Shown here one piece after another: positions 62,364 to 64,000 of a stretch of 64,000 bases of DNA. Made by a program: the position numbers and the translations under genes. The stretch covers positions 8,343 through 72,342 of the forward strand of contig CAYYTQ010000003.1 in the NCBI GenBank assembly GCA_964474805.1. Reading direction: 5' to 3'. The notes beneath the pieces were generated by a model that saw only the letters and a program-made list of their open reading frames with translations, had not been told where the DNA came from and made no database searches. Origin of the DNA: an uncultured Gammaproteobacteria bacterium (GTDB lineage: Bacteria > Patescibacteriota > Patescibacteriia > 2-12-FULL-60-25). How positions within the stretch are numbered: the stretch's first letter is position 1; each line of letters starts with the position of its first letter.

Positions 62364-63209
62364 TTAGCGGGTGAGGAGATTACCATTGCGACGCGAGACG
62401 ATGTGGCGGTTCGAGGACAGGTGGCGACGGCGCGTCTTGACGCCCAACGCATGCTTGCCCCACTTGGTCTTCGCGAATTTCATACCGATCGGGTGCTTGC
62501 CTTCACCACCGCCGTGCGGGTGGTCGACCGGGTTCATGACCTTACCGCGCACCGTCGGCTTGATGCCGCGGTGGCGCATGCGGCCGGCCTTGCCCCAACG
62601 GACGAGGTGCCAGTCGGGGTTGGAGACCGTCCCGATCGTCGCCAAGCAGTTCTTAGGGACGCGACGGACTTCGCCGGACGGCATCTTGATGGTCGCCCAG
62701 TTGCCTTCGATGGCCATGAGCTGGAGCGAGGTGCCCGCGCCGCGACCAAGCTTCGCGCCCTGCATGGGAGCGAGCTCGACCGCGTGGATGAAGACGCCGA
62801 TCGGCATCTTCTCGAGCGGGAGGCGGTTGCCCGGCTTGATTTCGGCTTCCGTGAGCGAGGAGACCAGCTGTTCGCCGACCTTCACGCCGTCCGGAAGCAG
62901 GATGTAGGCCTTGACGCCATCCTTATACGTGATGAGACCGATGCGGCCGCCACGGTTCGGGTCATATTCGACCGAGGTGACGGTGGCCGGAATGTCGAAG
63001 CGCAAGCGCTTGGTGTCGACGACACGGATGTAGCGGCGCGTGCCACCCCCGCGATGGCGGACGGTGATCTTGCCGTTGGTACGGCCGGCCTGCTCCTTCC
63101 GCATCATGATGAGCGACTTCTCCGGCTCGTTGCGGGTGATGTCCGAGAAGTCCTGGACCGAGGAGAACCGACGGCCCTTGGTGACCGGACGATAGACTTT
63201 GATAGGCAT
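62364..63209 (-). CDS. rplB: 50S ribosomal protein L2
   Basis: 281 aa with MPIKVYRPVTKGRR, GRTNGKITVRHRGGG and VRGKVMNPVDHPHGGGEG. Confidence 0.95.
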   Translation of the reverse strand: MPIKVYRPVTKGRRFSSVQDFSDITRNEPEKSLIMMRKEQAGRTNGKITVRHRGGGTRRYIRVVDTKRLRFDIPATVTSVEYDPNRGGRIGLITYKDGVKAYILLPDGVKVGEQLVSSLTEAEIKPGNRLPLEKMPIGVFIHAVELAPMQGAKLGRGAGTSLQLMAIEGNWATIKMPSGEVRRVPKNCLATIGTVSNPDWHLVRWGKAGRMRHRGIKPTVRGKVMNPVDHPHGGGEGKHPIGMKFAKTKWGKHALGVKTRRRHLSSNRHIVSRRNGNLLTR

Positions 63210-63215
63210 AACAGG

Positions 63216-63671
63216 TTAGACCCCTTGGTAGAGATCAAGCTTCTGGCCCTTCGCCAAGGTGACGAGGGCTTTCTTCCACGTGTTGCGGGCGGTGACGCGC
63301 TTGCCGCGGTAGACCGGCTTGCCGGCGTGGCGGACCATGCGGACATCGGTGACCTTCACGCCGTAGAGGGCTTCGACCGCCTTGCGCACCGAGATCTTCT
63401 CGGCGGACACCGGCACATCGAAGGTGTAGACGCCGCGCTCGGTGAGGAGCGCCGCCTTCTCGCTCACGTGCGGACGCACGAGCGAGCCCGAGGCGTAGGC
63501 GTTCACGACGACCTTGGCTTGGGCGGCCGGAGCGGTCGTCTCTTCCGTCTTTTCGGCTTTCTTGGCCTTCGGAGCGGCCTTCTTCTTCGGCGCGGCCTTC
63601 TTCTCGGGCGCCTCCGCGGCCGGGGCCGCGTCTTCGGTCTTCGTCTTACGGAGACGTTCAATGAGTGCCAT
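63216..63671 (-). CDS. rplW: 50S ribosomal protein L23 (with ~55-aa Ala/Lys/Pro-rich N-terminal extension)
   Basis: 151 aa. The core reads LVRPHVSEKAALLTERGVYTFDVPVSAEKISVRKAVEALYGVKVTDVRM. The N-terminus reads TEDAAPAAEAPEKKAAPKKKAAPKAKKAEKTEE. Confidence 0.9.
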   Translation of the reverse strand: MALIERLRKTKTEDAAPAAEAPEKKAAPKKKAAPKAKKAEKTEETTAPAAQAKVVVNAYASGSLVRPHVSEKAALLTERGVYTFDVPVSAEKISVRKAVEALYGVKVTDVRMVRHAGKPVYRGKRVTARNTWKKALVTLAKGQKLDLYQGV

Positions 63672-63673
63672 AG

Positions 63674-64000
63674 TTAGGAGAGGCGATACACCTGTTCAAA
63701 GGCGGGAACGGCATCCTTGAGGAAGATCACCGTCCGGTAGGTAAGGACGTCGAGCAGGTTCACGGATTGTGCCGTGACGAGCTTGACGTTGGGCAGGTTG
63801 CGGACCATGCGCATGAGCGCCGGCTGCGAGCCCGGAGAGATGATGAGCGCGTTGCGGTCGAGCGGGAGCTTGGCGAAGAGCTGGGCCGCGACCTTCGTCT
63901 TCGGCGTGGTGACGTTGACCGCCTCGAGCACGAAGAGCTTGTTGTTGGCGACCTTGTCGCTCAGCCCCATGAAGAGGGCCTTCTTTTTCGCCTTCTTGTT
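63674..64000 (-). CDS. rplD: 50S ribosomal protein L4 (partial; 5' end beyond window end)
   Basis: The frame is open to the window edge (...NKKAKKKALFMGLSDKVANNKLFVLEAVNVTTPKTKVAAQLF...). It lies upstream of rplW as in the S10 operon. Confidence 0.88.
   Translation of the reverse strand, partial: NKKAKKKALFMGLSDKVANNKLFVLEAVNVTTPKTKVAAQLFAKLPLDRNALIISPGSQPALMRMVRNLPNVKLVTAQSVNLLDVLTYRTVIFLKDAVPAFEQVYRLS

Noticed and set aside
54721-63677. A series of long + strand ORFs (54721-55899, 55932-57278, 58722-59522, 60199-61581, 61734-63677) antisense to secY and the ribosomal protein genes.
   Set aside because: The minus strand encodes unmistakable SecY, L15, S5, L5, L16, S3, L22, L2 and others. 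The + strand products are Arg/Gly/Asp-rich low-complexity shadow ORFs.
1-64000. Scan for CRISPR arrays, IS elements or transposases, integrases, reverse transcriptase/DGR, toxin-antitoxin pairs, restriction-modification or other defence genes, and rRNA.
   Set aside because: I saw no spaced direct-repeat arrays and recognised no catalytic motifs of these families in any ORF. The only nuclease-like gene is the housekeeping-type yraN. This was a by-eye scan, so short or degenerate elements could have been missed.

Overview
High-GC, almost fully coding bacterial chromosomal segment. Single 60-nt lines I counted by hand range from about 45% to about 77% GC. I recognised no rRNA, CRISPR array, transposase, integrase or phage gene. 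The window falls into three blocks. (1) 1-33.7 kb is a very large cell-surface glycan locus. It holds at least 13 glycosyltransferases (GT4, GT2, one GT11-like), a WbaP-like initiating polyprenyl-phosphate sugar-phosphate transferase and three UXS-like SDRs. It also holds a gmd-cupin-DegT aminotransferase cassette with a divergent hexapeptide acetyltransferase, an AsnB-like amidotransferase and several SAM methyltransferases. A Wzm/Wzt ABC exporter sits next to a 777-aa GT-like/methyltransferase protein and a HAD-cupin / two nucleotidyltransferase / GDPD module. (2) 33.7-42.2 kb is one minus-strand unit: ECF sigma factor, then a membrane anti-sigma-like protein, then a 1329-aa secreted modular Ser/Thr-rich protein, then a Wzy_C/TPR membrane protein. 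My main hypothesis is that blocks 1 and 2 together form an S-layer-glycoprotein-like system: an ABC-transporter-dependent glycan, a Wzy_C-type O-oligosaccharyltransferase and a giant surface substrate under ECF control. (3) 42.4-64 kb is housekeeping: GT4, yraN, methyltransferase, a roughly 70%-GC islet beside tRNA-Pro(GGG), an MsbA-like ABC exporter, prfB (no frameshift), mutM, map, adk, secY and the S10/spc ribosomal operon (rplD to rplO). The L30 gene (rpmD) is absent between rpsE and rplO, and several ribosomal proteins carry low-complexity basic extensions. This fits, but does not prove, a CPR/Patescibacteria-like origin. Many very long ORFs in the supplied track are GC-driven antisense artefacts and were rejected. 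Start codons were re-evaluated by hand. Hand-located RNA and hairpin coordinates may be off by a few nt.
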